Part shown: piece after piece, positions 17,722 to 27,949 of the stretch
Layout of the letters: each line of letters opens with the position of its first letter
How positions within the stretch are numbered: position 1 is the stretch's first letter
DNA from: Clostridiaceae bacterium
GTDB taxonomy: Bacteria > Bacillota > Clostridia > Christensenellales > CAG-138
Length of the DNA: 64,000 bases
Direction: 5' to 3'
NCBI GenBank assembly: GCA_039683415.1
Contig: JBDKRL010000006.1
Span: forward strand, 13,839-77,838
Position numbers and translations under genes: made by a program
Notes under the pieces: generated by a model
Databases searched by the model: none
The model's input: only the letters and a program-made list of their open reading frames with translations
Told to the model about the DNA's origin: nothing

Positions 17722-19032
17722 TTACGGTGCGGGCGTAAAAAACGCATCCGGCGTCACGGCATTTGGCACATACTCCCAGAACGGCGGGATGTATTCCGGC
17801 GGGGTCAGCTCGAGGTAGAGATCGATCAGCTCGTCCTTGAGGAGCGGGATTTCCATATCGGCGCTGTACGCATCCCAGTCATACCAGGAATCGTTCTGCA
17901 CTTTGTCCAGCAGTTCGTTGCCGTTGTACGCAATATCCCAATTGCGGTAATTGACGATCAAGTCCGCCAGCGTGCCGGAACCAAGAAGGTGCACGCCCTC
18001 CAGCATCGGGCTGCAAGCGCTGTAGTACTTCCACACATCCATGCACGAAAGATTGGCGGGGGCTGTTTCCCAATCAATGTAGTAGGAGAACAGGTATTCG
18101 CCGTTGAACAGGCTGTGCGCGTCGGTCGTGCCTTCAGGTGTGCCGTAGTAGTCAATCGCCCAGATGATGCGCTTAGAGCCGTTCAGCAGATAGTAATATA
18201 TACTGATTTGACCGAATAGATAGCCCTCCTCAAAATCATCATCAACCCCCATTAAAAGGACTGCCTGCTCGCGGGAAAGCGCGGGCATCGGCGTTGCGGC
18301 GGGGGTGGGAGTAGGAGGATTGTCGAAATCAGCCGGCGTCACCGCGTTTGGGACATACTCCCAGAACGGCAGAAGATACTCCGTGGGCGTGGAGCCGATA
18401 TAGGCGCTGAGCATCTTTTCTTTTGTCCAGGGGTACACGCCAAAAGATTCTTCCTCAATATACGAATTGATCACCATAAAAGGATCGCCGATACCGGCGG
18501 CGCTGAGGCTATTTTTGGTAAAAAATTCGTCGATTTCGAGGAGCTTGCCTGATGAGAGGAAGGTGTACTGACTGAAGGAATCGCCGAGTTGGGAGATATA
18601 CTTTGTGTAGGTATTTGGATTCGCCTTGAGCTGGTCTTCCATCGGAACAGTCACCTGAAACAGCAGTTGGCGGTTGAACGCTTCGTAGAAATTGAATACG
18701 CCCTGTGTTGCGCTCGGTTCTTTGATTGCCCAGATCAGGCGGCCTTCGCCATTTAATTCAGCATAGAACAAAATAATATTCGTCGGAGCGTACCCGCTGT
18801 AGTCTTCGCCCATCCAAATCATGATCTTTTTTTGTTCATCGGTGAGCGTCGGCGTCGGCACCGGGGAAGGCGTTGGCGTTGGCGTCGGTTCACTGGTTGG
18901 CGTTAAAACAGCGGTCGTTTCCGGCGTCGCGGCCGACACGGCACTGCTCATGGCACAGCCTGCCGAAAAAAGAGACAGAAAAACAAAGACTGCCGCTGAA
19001 ATGGCGGCGAAATGGCGAGTATTCAGCTTCAT
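17722..19032 (-). CDS. lipoprotein with internally duplicated ~195-aa module
   Basis: Signal peptide with lipobox FSAGC, then a PTPTPTPSPVPTPT linker. Both modules end in PFWEYVPNAVTP; the DNA copies are 585 bp apart (catactcccagaacggc at 17769 and 18354). Confidence 0.7.
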   Translation of the reverse strand: MKLNTRHFAAISAAVFVFLSLFSAGCAMSSAVSAATPETTAVLTPTSEPTPTPTPSPVPTPTLTDEQKKIMIWMGEDYSGYAPTNIILFYAELNGEGRLIWAIKEPSATQGVFNFYEAFNRQLLFQVTVPMEDQLKANPNTYTKYISQLGDSFSQYTFLSSGKLLEIDEFFTKNSLSAAGIGDPFMVINSYIEEESFGVYPWTKEKMLSAYIGSTPTEYLLPFWEYVPNAVTPADFDNPPTPTPAATPMPALSREQAVLLMGVDDDFEEGYLFGQISIYYYLLNGSKRIIWAIDYYGTPEGTTDAHSLFNGEYLFSYYIDWETAPANLSCMDVWKYYSACSPMLEGVHLLGSGTLADLIVNYRNWDIAYNGNELLDKVQNDSWYDWDAYSADMEIPLLKDELIDLYLELTPPEYIPPFWEYVPNAVTPDAFFTPAP

Positions 19033-19137
19033 GGTTCCCCCCGAAACGATGATTTGAGCGAAAGGTCACTTCCGCAATTATGGCATACGGATGGATGAAT
19101 ATTCAACGTTGACTTTTCTTATTTTGAGCGTCCACCG

Positions 19138-20016
19138 TTATCTTCGGCAATCCTGTCGGATAAACGGTTCTTCAACCGTTTCCGAAACGAGCAAACGATA
19201 CTTTTGCGGATGGCGGTAGGCGTTGCCGTGCACTTCTCTGCGGCGGTAATCCCGAATTTCGTCGATGGGGAAATCGGCAAGAAGAATTCCTTCCTCTTCG
19301 CCCGCTTCCACAAGGAGCGTATCTCTGGATTCGGGCAGAGAAGGCTTGTAGGCGATTCCGTCAAACGCGGTGGAATGCCCGTTGCAGTCCGGCTGGCCTT
19401 TGGGGTAGTTCACGGTTGCAATGCCGAGCATGTTTTCAAACGCTCGCGCGCGGAGCTGCGAAATACGGTTGATCTCCATGGGGCAGGCGTTCGGCACGAG
19501 GATAAGCTCCGCGCCTTTGAGCATCAATATCCTTGCGCTTTCGGGAAACTCCCGGTCGTAGCAGATCATGGCTCCAACTTTGACGGTTCCCTGCGCGGTG
19601 TCAAGCTCGGCAACGGCAAAGTCTTCGCCCGCCGTCAGCAGGCGTTCGTCGTCAAAATCGCAGGTATGAACCTTTGCGTAGATCAGTGCTTTTTTGCCGA
19701 ACCGGTCGAACAGGTAAAGGGTGTTTCTCGGCGCGGGCGAATACGCTTCCAGAAACGTAACGCCGATGGCCATCTCCAACTCGCGCGCCAAGTTGCCGAA
19801 TGCGCGGACGAATTCGCAATCGCAGGGGATGGCGCGTTCCTTCATTTCGTTAACGTTGCTGGAAAGCCGGTAGCCAATGCTCCAAAGTTCGGGAAACAGC
19901 GCGATGTCCGCGCCCAGTTTTTTTGCGTTCCGGCAGGCATCCAGCCCCTTTTTAAGATTTGCGTCCGGCGTGTTTTCCGGCAGAAGCTGCATCAGCGCAA
20001 TCCTGAGATTCTTCAT
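19138..20016 (-). CDS. carbon-nitrogen hydrolase (nitrilase superfamily)
   Basis: LFPELW (Glu), AKVH (Lys) and MICYDREFPE (Cys) form the catalytic triad pattern. Confidence 0.85.
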   Translation of the reverse strand: MKNLRIALMQLLPENTPDANLKKGLDACRNAKKLGADIALFPELWSIGYRLSSNVNEMKERAIPCDCEFVRAFGNLARELEMAIGVTFLEAYSPAPRNTLYLFDRFGKKALIYAKVHTCDFDDERLLTAGEDFAVAELDTAQGTVKVGAMICYDREFPESARILMLKGAELILVPNACPMEINRISQLRARAFENMLGIATVNYPKGQPDCNGHSTAFDGIAYKPSLPESRDTLLVEAGEEEGILLADFPIDEIRDYRRREVHGNAYRHPQKYRLLVSETVEEPFIRQDCRR

Positions 20017-20049
20017 TGCTTGCTCCTTTTGACGTTTGAACGGCTCAGC

Positions 20050-20499
20050 TCAGTCGTTTGAGGGCGTTAGTTTTTTACAGAAGCAAATGATGCGGTTTGC
20101 TTCCTGAAACCCGAACTTCACGTGAAAAGCATAGCTGTTCATGTTGGTGATTTCGCAATCGCTGGCAAATTCAACGCAGCCGTTTTCGCGAGCCCACTGT
20201 TCGCAATTTTCCAGTAAACGCGTTGCAATGCCTTGTTTTCGGTGGCTTTCGATGACGAACACGCCTTCCAGATAACCAACCGGGCTGCTGTTTGTTCCTT
20301 CTACATAGTCGTGCCTGAGTTGGCACTGCGCAAATCCGGCGGGAATATCCCGATCGAAATACAGAAAGAACGCGGCGTTCGGATTCGAAAGCAACGCTTC
20401 GATTTCCTGCTTCAGGTCTTCGAACGCATGATTCGGCCACAGCAGAATTGCCAACTGCGCAAGAGCGCTCGAATCGCTGACTGCCGCTTTTCGTAACAT
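20050..20499 (-). CDS. aac(6'): aminoglycoside 6'-N-acetyltransferase, AAC(6')-I-like (GNAT)
   Basis: LWPNH...QLRHDYVEGTNSSPVGYLEGVFV...RKQGIATRLL...GCVEFASDC...GFQEANRIICFCKKL parallels AAC(6')-Iy/-Ib type sequences, from memory. Confidence 0.75.
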   Translation of the reverse strand: MLRKAAVSDSSALAQLAILLWPNHAFEDLKQEIEALLSNPNAAFFLYFDRDIPAGFAQCQLRHDYVEGTNSSPVGYLEGVFVIESHRKQGIATRLLENCEQWARENGCVEFASDCEITNMNSYAFHVKFGFQEANRIICFCKKLTPSND

Positions 20500-20609
20500 G
20501 GATTTTCCTCCTTGCGTACGATCGTAAACTTGGTTGCGCCATGATGTGCGGCATCCGTATGACCTGCGCTATCTGGCGCGAGCAGGCCGGAATGACGCGG
20601 CTAGCATGC

Positions 20610-21167
20610 TCATTTTCCGTGGTGGATGATGACGGGCTTTTTTGCATCCAGTATGATGGACACCATGCCCAGATGATCCGCGTTGTTTCTGGTGTCGAAT
20701 CGGTAAGAACGTCCTATCATTCCATCCGCTTCGTTCCAGTATTTATAGTGAAAATTTCCTTCGGCATCACAGTATTCGAGCAAATCAACAACAAATCCGG
20801 CACGCTCAAAGACTTCCCGAAAGGAGATGTTATCATAGACGATTTTGTGCGTAGAGGCGGGATGCGAGGGGTTCCCGTTTCCACCTGCTTTTACAAGGTT
20901 TTGATACCATTCGTTTCGAAAATTCCGATCAGGCACGGCAACTCGAAGATACCCGCCCTCTTCGAGATAATCATAACAGTTTTTCGCTGCCAGTATTCCT
21001 TCTTCATTTGTCATGTGCTCCCATACGTGTTCGGCAAGCATAGCGGAGATTTTACCATGCTGAGAGATTCGCTCGAAGTCGGAACGGCATAAAACGTTCA
21101 GCTCAGTCTCCTGCGTGCTGATCCAGCCATCTATTGTTGTTTTTCCTGATCCTATGATGATTTTCAT
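20610..21167 (-). CDS. SAM-dependent methyltransferase-like protein
   Basis: 185 aa. IIIGSGKT (motif I-like) and LAEHVWEHM (as in the COG4627-type predicted methyltransferases). Function unknown. Confidence 0.6.
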   Translation of the reverse strand: MKIIIGSGKTTIDGWISTQETELNVLCRSDFERISQHGKISAMLAEHVWEHMTNEEGILAAKNCYDYLEEGGYLRVAVPDRNFRNEWYQNLVKAGGNGNPSHPASTHKIVYDNISFREVFERAGFVVDLLEYCDAEGNFHYKYWNEADGMIGRSYRFDTRNNADHLGMVSIILDAKKPVIIHHGK

Positions 21168-21631
21168 ATTTGCTACCTTGCATCGCGCTAATAAGCGCTG
21201 CTTTTCTTACGCACGGATTAAGCGCTCTCTATCCCCGCCGCGCGTTCCACATGGCGCGGGCAGGCCGGATTACTGTTTTGAGTGCGCTTCTGACTATTTT
21301 CGCCATTGGTACTATCATAGCGCAAATTGATCTATTTAGGAACAGGTTCGGGTCTGCGGTGAACTTGCGCGGGGTACATACAATATGAAAATACGGCGTG
21401 CGAAACGACCCACCGCAATTCATTTCCGAGCCGGTCTTTTCAAAATTGCCAAAGTGATTTTTTGATATACCATTTTGGTATGATCCTAAATGGTGAATCG
21501 TTCGTCTGCATTTAGGAGCTGCGGGCAGACCGGAGACGGCCGTTGATAGACAATAATCGAATAAAACAACGGTTGTGCGGACAAACAAACAGAAAACACC
21601 GATCAATATTGTAAAAATCAAACATATTTAA

Positions 21632-21660
21632 TTGACTTGCGTTTTACAGAGTGCTATTCT
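21632..21660 (+). promoter_or_regulatory. candidate promoter of the peptide ABC operon (TTGACT-17-TATTCT)
   Basis: TTGACT 21632-21637 and TATTCT 21655-21660. An alternative TATAAT lies at 21678-21683. Confidence 0.4.
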
Positions 21661-21741
21661 AAATAAAATATATTGTATATAATTCAACTGACGAGAAGCC
21701 CTAAATCGAGTCCTTTGGATGTATACAAATGGAAGGAGAAA

Positions 21742-23442
21742 ATGGTAATGAAACTGTTCAAACGCTTTGGCGCGATCCTGCTGGTTCTCGCCATGGTAAC
21801 CAGTCTGGCGGCGTGCGGCCAAACGGCAGCCCCCGCGACTGAGGAAACAACTGCCGCAGCGGCAGAAGAACCCGCGGAAGCCGCAGCAACAGAGCCCAAA
21901 ATCGTCAATGTTATGATCGAAGTGGAGGTTGAAAGCCTCGATCCTCAGGTTGCAACAGACGGTACGAGCTTTGAGGTAATCGCGGACATCACGGACGGCC
22001 TCAAGCAGATGGACGCCAACGGCGGCGTTGTCGATGCGCTTTGCTCAGCCGAGACCATCAGCGAAGACGGCCTGACCTACACCTTCACGATTCGTGACGA
22101 TGCGGTTTGGAGCAACGGCGATCCCGTGACGGCGGCAGACTTCGTGTTCGGCTGGCAGCGCGCGGTGGATCCGGCACTGGCAAGCGAGTATTCCTATATG
22201 TTCAGCGACATTGGCCAGGTGAAGAACGCTGCTGCCATCATCGCGGGCACGCTGCCTGTGACCGATCTTGGCGTCACCGCCATCGATGAGAAGACCCTGC
22301 AGGTGCAGCTGGAAGTTCCGGTTGCGTACTTCAATCAGATTCTCTACTTCCCGACCTTCTATCCGGTCAATCAGAAGTTCTTCGAGGCCTGCGGCGACAG
22401 CTATGCCACCAGCCCCGAAACGCTGCTCAGCAACGGCGCGTTTGTGATGACGAGCTATGAGCCCGCGGCCACGAACTTCACGCTGGAAAAGAATCCTACC
22501 TATTATGATGCGGCGCGCATCCAGATTGACGGCCTGAACTATCAGGTCATCAAAGAGAGCCAGCAGGCGCTTCTGAGCTATCAGAGCGGCGACCTTGACA
22601 CCATCCTCGTCTCCGGCGACCAGGTCGATCAGGTCAAGGATGACCCGGCGTTCAAGAGCGTCGGCGCAGGCTATCTGTGGTATATTTCGCCCAACATTGC
22701 GCAGTATCCGGAACTGGCGAACCTCAATTTGCGCCTTGCGATGACCTTTGCGCTGGATCGCCAGACCATTGTGGACAGCGTCGTGAAAGACGGCTCCACG
22801 GCGACCTTTACGGCGGTTCCGCCGCAGTTTGCAACCGGCCCTGCGGGGGATGACTTCTCCGCGGATCAGACCGAGTTTGCGGACGTCTGCGCGTATGACC
22901 TTGCCAAGGCAACGGAATATTACGAAGCTGCCAAGGCCGAACTGGGCACCGAGACATTCACCTTTGAGATGGTTCTGGACGACACCGAGATTCAGCAGAA
23001 CGTCGCCGCCGTCATCAAGGAAATGCTGGAGAGCGCCCTGCCCGGCATGACCATCAACCTCAAAGTGGAACCCAAGAAACAGCGCGTTCAGGACCTGCAG
23101 GACGGCAACTACTGCATCGGCCTGACCCGTTGGGGCCCGGACTACGCCGACCCGATGACCTACCTTGGTATGTGGGTTACCGGCAACAGCAACAACTACG
23201 GTCTCTGGAGCGATGCGGACTATGATGCTCTGATTGCGGAATGCACCACCGGCAGCCTCGCACAGGATGAGACGGGGCGTTGGGCTGCGCTCAAGAGCGC
23301 GGAGAAGATTGCCATGGAACAGGCGGTCATCTTCCCGCTGTATACGCAGTGCAACGCGACCTTGATCAGCCCGAACGTTACGGGCATCGAGTTCCACCCC
23401 GTCGCTCTGAACCGCGTTTTCAAGAACACAGTCAAGAACTGA
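21742..23442 (+). CDS. ABC transporter substrate-binding lipoprotein, family 5 (peptide/nickel, Opp/Dpp type)
   Basis: Track ORF trimmed to MVMKLFKRFGAILLVLAMVTSLAACG (GGAAGGAG RBS, lipobox). Followed by two permeases and two ATPases. Confidence 0.9.
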   Translation: MVMKLFKRFGAILLVLAMVTSLAACGQTAAPATEETTAAAAEEPAEAAATEPKIVNVMIEVEVESLDPQVATDGTSFEVIADITDGLKQMDANGGVVDALCSAETISEDGLTYTFTIRDDAVWSNGDPVTAADFVFGWQRAVDPALASEYSYMFSDIGQVKNAAAIIAGTLPVTDLGVTAIDEKTLQVQLEVPVAYFNQILYFPTFYPVNQKFFEACGDSYATSPETLLSNGAFVMTSYEPAATNFTLEKNPTYYDAARIQIDGLNYQVIKESQQALLSYQSGDLDTILVSGDQVDQVKDDPAFKSVGAGYLWYISPNIAQYPELANLNLRLAMTFALDRQTIVDSVVKDGSTATFTAVPPQFATGPAGDDFSADQTEFADVCAYDLAKATEYYEAAKAELGTETFTFEMVLDDTEIQQNVAAVIKEMLESALPGMTINLKVEPKKQRVQDLQDGNYCIGLTRWGPDYADPMTYLGMWVTGNSNNYGLWSDADYDALIAECTTGSLAQDETGRWAALKSAEKIAMEQAVIFPLYTQCNATLISPNVTGIEFHPVALNRVFKNTVKN

Positions 23443-23647
23443 CCTTTGGTTGTTGATGCGTAAAACTTGATCAGCGAACGCGCCGTGCAGTGGTTTTGAT
23501 CAATAGTCAAGATTGCTGTACGGCGCGTCATTTTTCGGGTGCGCAGGGAAAACGTCCCTGTTTGCATCCTGCAGCAGTGTCTGTTATTACGGCAAGCGGG
23601 CAGCCGCGAAGCCGCGATTTTGTTTTGTGGAGGGAGAAGGGAACGAC

Positions 23648-24583
23648 GTGCGAAGATACGTTTTCAAACGCGTGCTGATTTCCATATTTACCTTGCTTGC
23701 CATTACGCTGGTGCTGTTCATTCTGCTCCAGCTCATGCCGGGCTCGCCGTTTAACGACGAGAAACTGACGCCCGAGCAGCATGCGGCGCTGAACGAGAGA
23801 TACGGCCTTGACCAGCCGCTGATCGTGCAGTTTTTCCGTTACGTGTTTAACATGTTCAAGGGAGATTTTGGCGTCAGTTACAAAATCAGCAAAAATACGC
23901 CGATCAGCCAGCTCATTGAGTCGAGACTGCCCATCAGCATCCGCGTTGGCGGGTTTGCTGTGACGCTCGGCGCTTTGGTTGGCCTGGTGCTGGGGATCGT
24001 TGCGGCGCTCAAGCACAATACGATTTGGGATACGGTTTGCACCATCATCTCCGTTATCGGCGTTTCAATTCCGAGCTATGTGTTCGCGCTGGCGCTGAGT
24101 TATTCGCTCGGCTTTAAGCTGAGCTGGTTTCCCATGCTGTATTCCAATCAAGCGCCGTTTGCTTCCAGCGTGATGCCGAGCATCGCACTGAGCCTGTTTA
24201 CGCTGGCATCCATAGCGCGCTTTACGCGAACGGAGATGCTCGAAGTGCTCAGCAGCGACTATATGCTGCTTGCCGAGAGCAAGGGAATCAGCGGTTCGCC
24301 CCTGATACTGCAGCATGCGCTGAGAAACGCGCTGATTCCGATTGTCACCGTGCTGGCGCCGCTGATTGTTGATCTCATGACGGGCAGTCTGGTTGTGGAA
24401 AAGATATTCTCCATTCCCGGCGTAGGAAGCCTGCTGGTTACGGCGATTCAAAGCAACGATTACAACGTTGTCATCGCGCTGAGCTTTATCTACAGCGCAA
24501 TGTATATCGGCATTATGCTGCTGGTCGATATTCTCTATGGGGTGATCGACCCGAGAATCCGCGTTGCGAAGAAGGGAGACTGA
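23648..24583 (+). CDS. ABC transporter permease (OppB/DppB type)
   Basis: GTG start after GGAGGGAGAAGG. Begins RRYVFKRVLISIFTLLAITLVLFILLQLMPGSPF and has an EAA-like loop. Confidence 0.85.
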   Translation: MRRYVFKRVLISIFTLLAITLVLFILLQLMPGSPFNDEKLTPEQHAALNERYGLDQPLIVQFFRYVFNMFKGDFGVSYKISKNTPISQLIESRLPISIRVGGFAVTLGALVGLVLGIVAALKHNTIWDTVCTIISVIGVSIPSYVFALALSYSLGFKLSWFPMLYSNQAPFASSVMPSIALSLFTLASIARFTRTEMLEVLSSDYMLLAESKGISGSPLILQHALRNALIPIVTVLAPLIVDLMTGSLVVEKIFSIPGVGSLLVTAIQSNDYNVVIALSFIYSAMYIGIMLLVDILYGVIDPRIRVAKKGD

Positions 24584-24584
24584 T

Positions 24585-25658
24585 ATGGCAAAACAGAACA
24601 AACGCAACCTGCCCGCCCCCGCGACGGAAGCGCCGTATCAGTTCCAGCCGGACGATTTTGCGTTCCGCGGCAGCGCGGATGACACGCGCATCGACACCAA
24701 CTTTGCCAGCGAAAACTTCTGGAAAGAGGTGCGCAAGCGCTTCTTTAAAAACAAAGGCGCTGTCGTTTCGCTCATCGTGGTTCTGATCATCGGCTTTTTT
24801 GCCGCATTCGGGCCGAGCATGAGCGGGTACAGCTACTCCGATCAAAAATTGACGCAAAAGAACTTTGCGCCCCGGATTCCCTGGGTGGAAAAGCTTGGCA
24901 TCTTCGATGGCGACGAAACTCTCAACACCACGACCGGTTCCAAAGTGATCAACGGCTATGAGGAACGAAACCTGCCGGATGTTTACTATTGGTTCGGTTC
25001 CGATACGCTCGGCCGTGACATCTGGACGCGCGTTTGGGAAGGCACACGCATTTCCCTCGGCATTGCGCTCTGCGCGGCGCTGATCGACTTTTTGATCGGC
25101 ATGAGCTACGGCCTCATCAGCGGTTATTACGGCGGGCGTGTAGACAGCGTGATGCAGCGCATTGCGGAGATCATCAACGGGATTCCGCGGCTCGTGATTG
25201 TAACGCTCTTGATGCTCGTTTTACCGCGCGGATTTTTGACCATTGTGTTTGCCTTGATGATAACGGAGTGGATCGGCATGAGCCGCATTGCCCGCGCGGA
25301 GATGCTCAAGCTCAAGGAAAGCGAATTCGTGCTGGCGAGCCGCACCCTGGGCGCGCGGGATTTGCATATCATTTTCCGCGAGATCCTGCCGAACATCGTA
25401 GGCCCCATCATTACGCAGATCATGTTCAGCATACCGACGGCAATCTTTACGGAGGCGTTTTTGAGCTTTGTCGGCCTTGGCATACCGGTTCCGATGTGCA
25501 GCCTCGGCAGTCTGATTGCCGACGCGTTCAACAGCTTTACGACGCATTCCTATCAGATTATTCCGCCAATTATCGTGCTGGCGCTTTTGATGCTGTGCTT
25601 CAACATGCTCGCGGACGGGCTTCGGGAAGCATTCGACCCGAAGTTCAAGGGAATGTGA
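24585..25658 (+). CDS. ABC transporter permease (OppC/DppC type)
   Basis: ATG 24585 follows GAAGGGAG. Contains the typical LGTD.LGRDIWTRV segment. Confidence 0.85.
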   Translation: MAKQNKRNLPAPATEAPYQFQPDDFAFRGSADDTRIDTNFASENFWKEVRKRFFKNKGAVVSLIVVLIIGFFAAFGPSMSGYSYSDQKLTQKNFAPRIPWVEKLGIFDGDETLNTTTGSKVINGYEERNLPDVYYWFGSDTLGRDIWTRVWEGTRISLGIALCAALIDFLIGMSYGLISGYYGGRVDSVMQRIAEIINGIPRLVIVTLLMLVLPRGFLTIVFALMITEWIGMSRIARAEMLKLKESEFVLASRTLGARDLHIIFREILPNIVGPIITQIMFSIPTAIFTEAFLSFVGLGIPVPMCSLGSLIADAFNSFTTHSYQIIPPIIVLALLMLCFNMLADGLREAFDPKFKGM

Positions 25659-25668
25659 GGTGAACGAT

Positions 25669-26748
25669 ATGGAAGCAAAGAAACGCAAAAAAGTGCTGGA
25701 GATGCGAAATCTCTCTATTTCGTTTACCACGAATGCAGGGCTTGTGAACGCCATCCGCGGCGTCAATCTGGACGTGTATGAAGGGGAGACGCTGGCCATA
25801 GTCGGCGAAAGCGGCAGCGGCAAATCCGTCACCGCAAAAGCCATCATGGGTATTCTGGACAAGAACAGTGTCGTCAACAGCGGAACCATCCTCTTTCGAT
25901 ACCATCGTTCGGACGGCACGGAGGTGGAGTCCGATCTGGCGAAGCTGGAGAAAAAAGAATTTCGCAAACATATCAACGGCAAGCGCATCGCCATGGTTTT
26001 TCAGGACCCGATGACCAGTCTCGATCCTACCATGACGGTCGGCAGGCAGATCATGGAGGGCATGATCTGGCATTTTCACACACCGGCTGCGGAGGCTAAG
26101 AAGCGCGCCCTCGCGCTGCTGGAAGAGGTTGGCATCCCGGAACCCAAGCGGCGCATGAAGCAATACCCGCATCAGCTCTCCGGCGGCATGCGGCAGCGGG
26201 TGGTCATCGCCATCGCGTTGGCCTGCAACCCGGAACTGCTGATCTGCGACGAACCGACCACGGCGCTCGATGTGACGATCCAGGCCAAGATTCTGGAGCT
26301 GATCCAGCGCATCCAGAAGGAACGCGGCATCAGCATCATCTACATTACGCACGATCTCGGCGTGGTGGCAAAGGTTGCGGACTATGTCAACGTCATGTAC
26401 GCGGGAAAAATCGTAGAAAAAGGAACGATTGACGAAATCTTCTTCGACCCGCGGCATCCGTATACCTGGGGCTTGCTCTCCGCCATGCCGGATCTTGACA
26501 CGCGGGACGAGCGGCTCTATACAATCCCCGGCTCGCCGCCCAACCTGCTGCACCCGGTTTCGGGGGACGCGTTTGCGCCGCGAAATATCTATGCGCTGAA
26601 AATTGACGAGCGCGCAGAGCCGCCGATGTTCCGAATTTCGGAGACGCACTACGCCTCGTCCTGGCTGCTTGATCCCCGCGCGCCGAAGGTGGAGATGCCG
26701 CCGGAACTGAAAGCTCGCATAGAGCGCATGAAAAAGGAGGGGCTGTAA
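25669..26748 (+). CDS. ABC transporter ATP-binding protein (OppD type)
   Basis: Walker A GESGSGKS, signature LSGGMRQR, Walker [13 protein letters not shown]. An in-frame GTG at 25660 is an alternative start. Confidence 0.9.
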   Translation: MEAKKRKKVLEMRNLSISFTTNAGLVNAIRGVNLDVYEGETLAIVGESGSGKSVTAKAIMGILDKNSVVNSGTILFRYHRSDGTEVESDLAKLEKKEFRKHINGKRIAMVFQDPMTSLDPTMTVGRQIMEGMIWHFHTPAAEAKKRALALLEEVGIPEPKRRMKQYPHQLSGGMRQRVVIAIALACNPELLICDEPTTALDVTIQAKILELIQRIQKERGISIIYITHDLGVVAKVADYVNVMYAGKIVEKGTIDEIFFDPRHPYTWGLLSAMPDLDTRDERLYTIPGSPPNLLHPVSGDAFAPRNIYALKIDERAEPPMFRISETHYASSWLLDPRAPKVEMPPELKARIERMKKEGL

Positions 26749-26752
26749 GCAA

Positions 26753-27700
26753 ATGGCGGAAGCAATTTCAAAAACGCCTCTTCTGGAAGTGAAGGGGCTC
26801 AAACAGCACTTTCGGATCAATCGGAATTTCACCGTCCGGGCCGTGGACGGGGTGGACTTCGTGATCTATCCCGGGGAGACTTACGGGCTTGTCGGCGAAA
26901 GCGGAAGCGGCAAAAGCACGATCGGGCGAACGCTGATTCGCCTCTATGAACCGACCGGCGGCAAAATTCTGTTTGACGGAATGGACATCTCCGGGCGCAT
27001 GAACCGCGCGGATCGAACGCGCCTGCGCATGGAGATGCAGATGATTTTTCAGGACCCGATGGCCTGCCTGAACCCGCGAAAAAAGGTTGAGGATATCATC
27101 GCGCTGGGACTGGATATCCATCACCTCGCAGCCAGTCGCGAGGCTCGGCACGACGCGGTCAGGGAAATTCTCGACAAGGTCGGCCTTGCGCCGGAGCATG
27201 CGAACCGCTATCCGCATCAGTTCAGCGGCGGGCAGCGCCAGCGCGTCGGCATTGCGCGCGCGCTCATTATGAATCCAAAGCTGATCATTGCGGACGAATG
27301 CATCAGCGCGCTGGACGTCTCCATTCAGGCGCAGGTGGTCAACCTCATGCGCGATTTGCAACAGGAGACGGGAACGGCATACCTGTTCATTGCGCACGAT
27401 CTGTCGATGGTCAAATACATCAGCGACCGGATTGGCGTGCTGCATCTGGGGCACATGGTGGAGACGGGAAGCACGGAGGAAATCTTTGACAATCCCGTGC
27501 ATCCCTATACGCGCAGCCTGCTTTCCGCAATTCCGCACCCGAACCCGCGCACGGAGAAAAAGCGCATTGCGCAGGCCTATGACTATAGAACCGAGAACAT
27601 CGACTACACCACAGGAACCCAGCATCATTTTGGAGGCACGCATTACGTGCTTGGAACCGATGCGGAGATCGCCCGTTGGGTTAACGGCGAAAACAAGTAA
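26753..27700 (+). CDS. ABC transporter ATP-binding protein (OppF type)
   Basis: Walker [10 protein letters not shown], signature FSGGQRQR, Walker B LIIADECISALD. Confidence 0.9.
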   Translation: MAEAISKTPLLEVKGLKQHFRINRNFTVRAVDGVDFVIYPGETYGLVGESGSGKSTIGRTLIRLYEPTGGKILFDGMDISGRMNRADRTRLRMEMQMIFQDPMACLNPRKKVEDIIALGLDIHHLAASREARHDAVREILDKVGLAPEHANRYPHQFSGGQRQRVGIARALIMNPKLIIADECISALDVSIQAQVVNLMRDLQQETGTAYLFIAHDLSMVKYISDRIGVLHLGHMVETGSTEEIFDNPVHPYTRSLLSAIPHPNPRTEKKRIAQAYDYRTENIDYTTGTQHHFGGTHYVLGTDAEIARWVNGENK

Positions 27701-27765
27701 AACGGAAGGGCAGGATTCTGCTGCCGCAGAAGAATGCTGCCGGATCACCGCAGCGCATATTCGCG

Positions 27766-27796
27766 AAAAAACGCACCTGTTCCGGGTGCGTTTTTA
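27766..27796. terminator. bidirectional intrinsic terminator between convergent genes
   Basis: AAAAAACGCACC-tgttccg-GGTGCGTTTTT: a 7-bp stem flanked by an A-run and a T-run. Confidence 0.7.
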
Positions 27797-27949
27797 TGTT
27801 GCGTGTGCGGATACAGAATATGCAGATCAATTGCGCCGATCATGTTTTTTACGCCTGGACCGAATCTGTCCTGCCATAACAGGAGCAAGCACCAACGATT
27901 GGTTCCTTTCGGCAAAGCAGGCGGGGGATCAAACATGCTGATTGCATCG

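Noticed and set aside
21229-21621. 130-aa minus ORF and 71-72-aa plus ORFs in the 575-bp gap
   Set aside because: No RBS, atypical composition and no family resemblance. The region is treated as non-coding (see the finding).
23443-23647. 205-bp gap between the substrate-binding protein and first permease gene, considered as a possible extra gene or ncRNA
   Set aside because: It contains only short hairpins (e.g. CAGGGA-aaacg-TCCCTG at 23544-23560). This fits the partial intercistronic terminator that commonly raises binding-protein expression, and nothing further is supported.
22045-27748. Long minus-strand ORFs (450, 395 and 326 aa) opposite the peptide ABC operon
   Set aside because: The plus strand encodes the substrate-binding protein, permeases and ATPases with canonical motifs. 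The antisense ORFs have His/Arg/Gly-rich nonsense composition.
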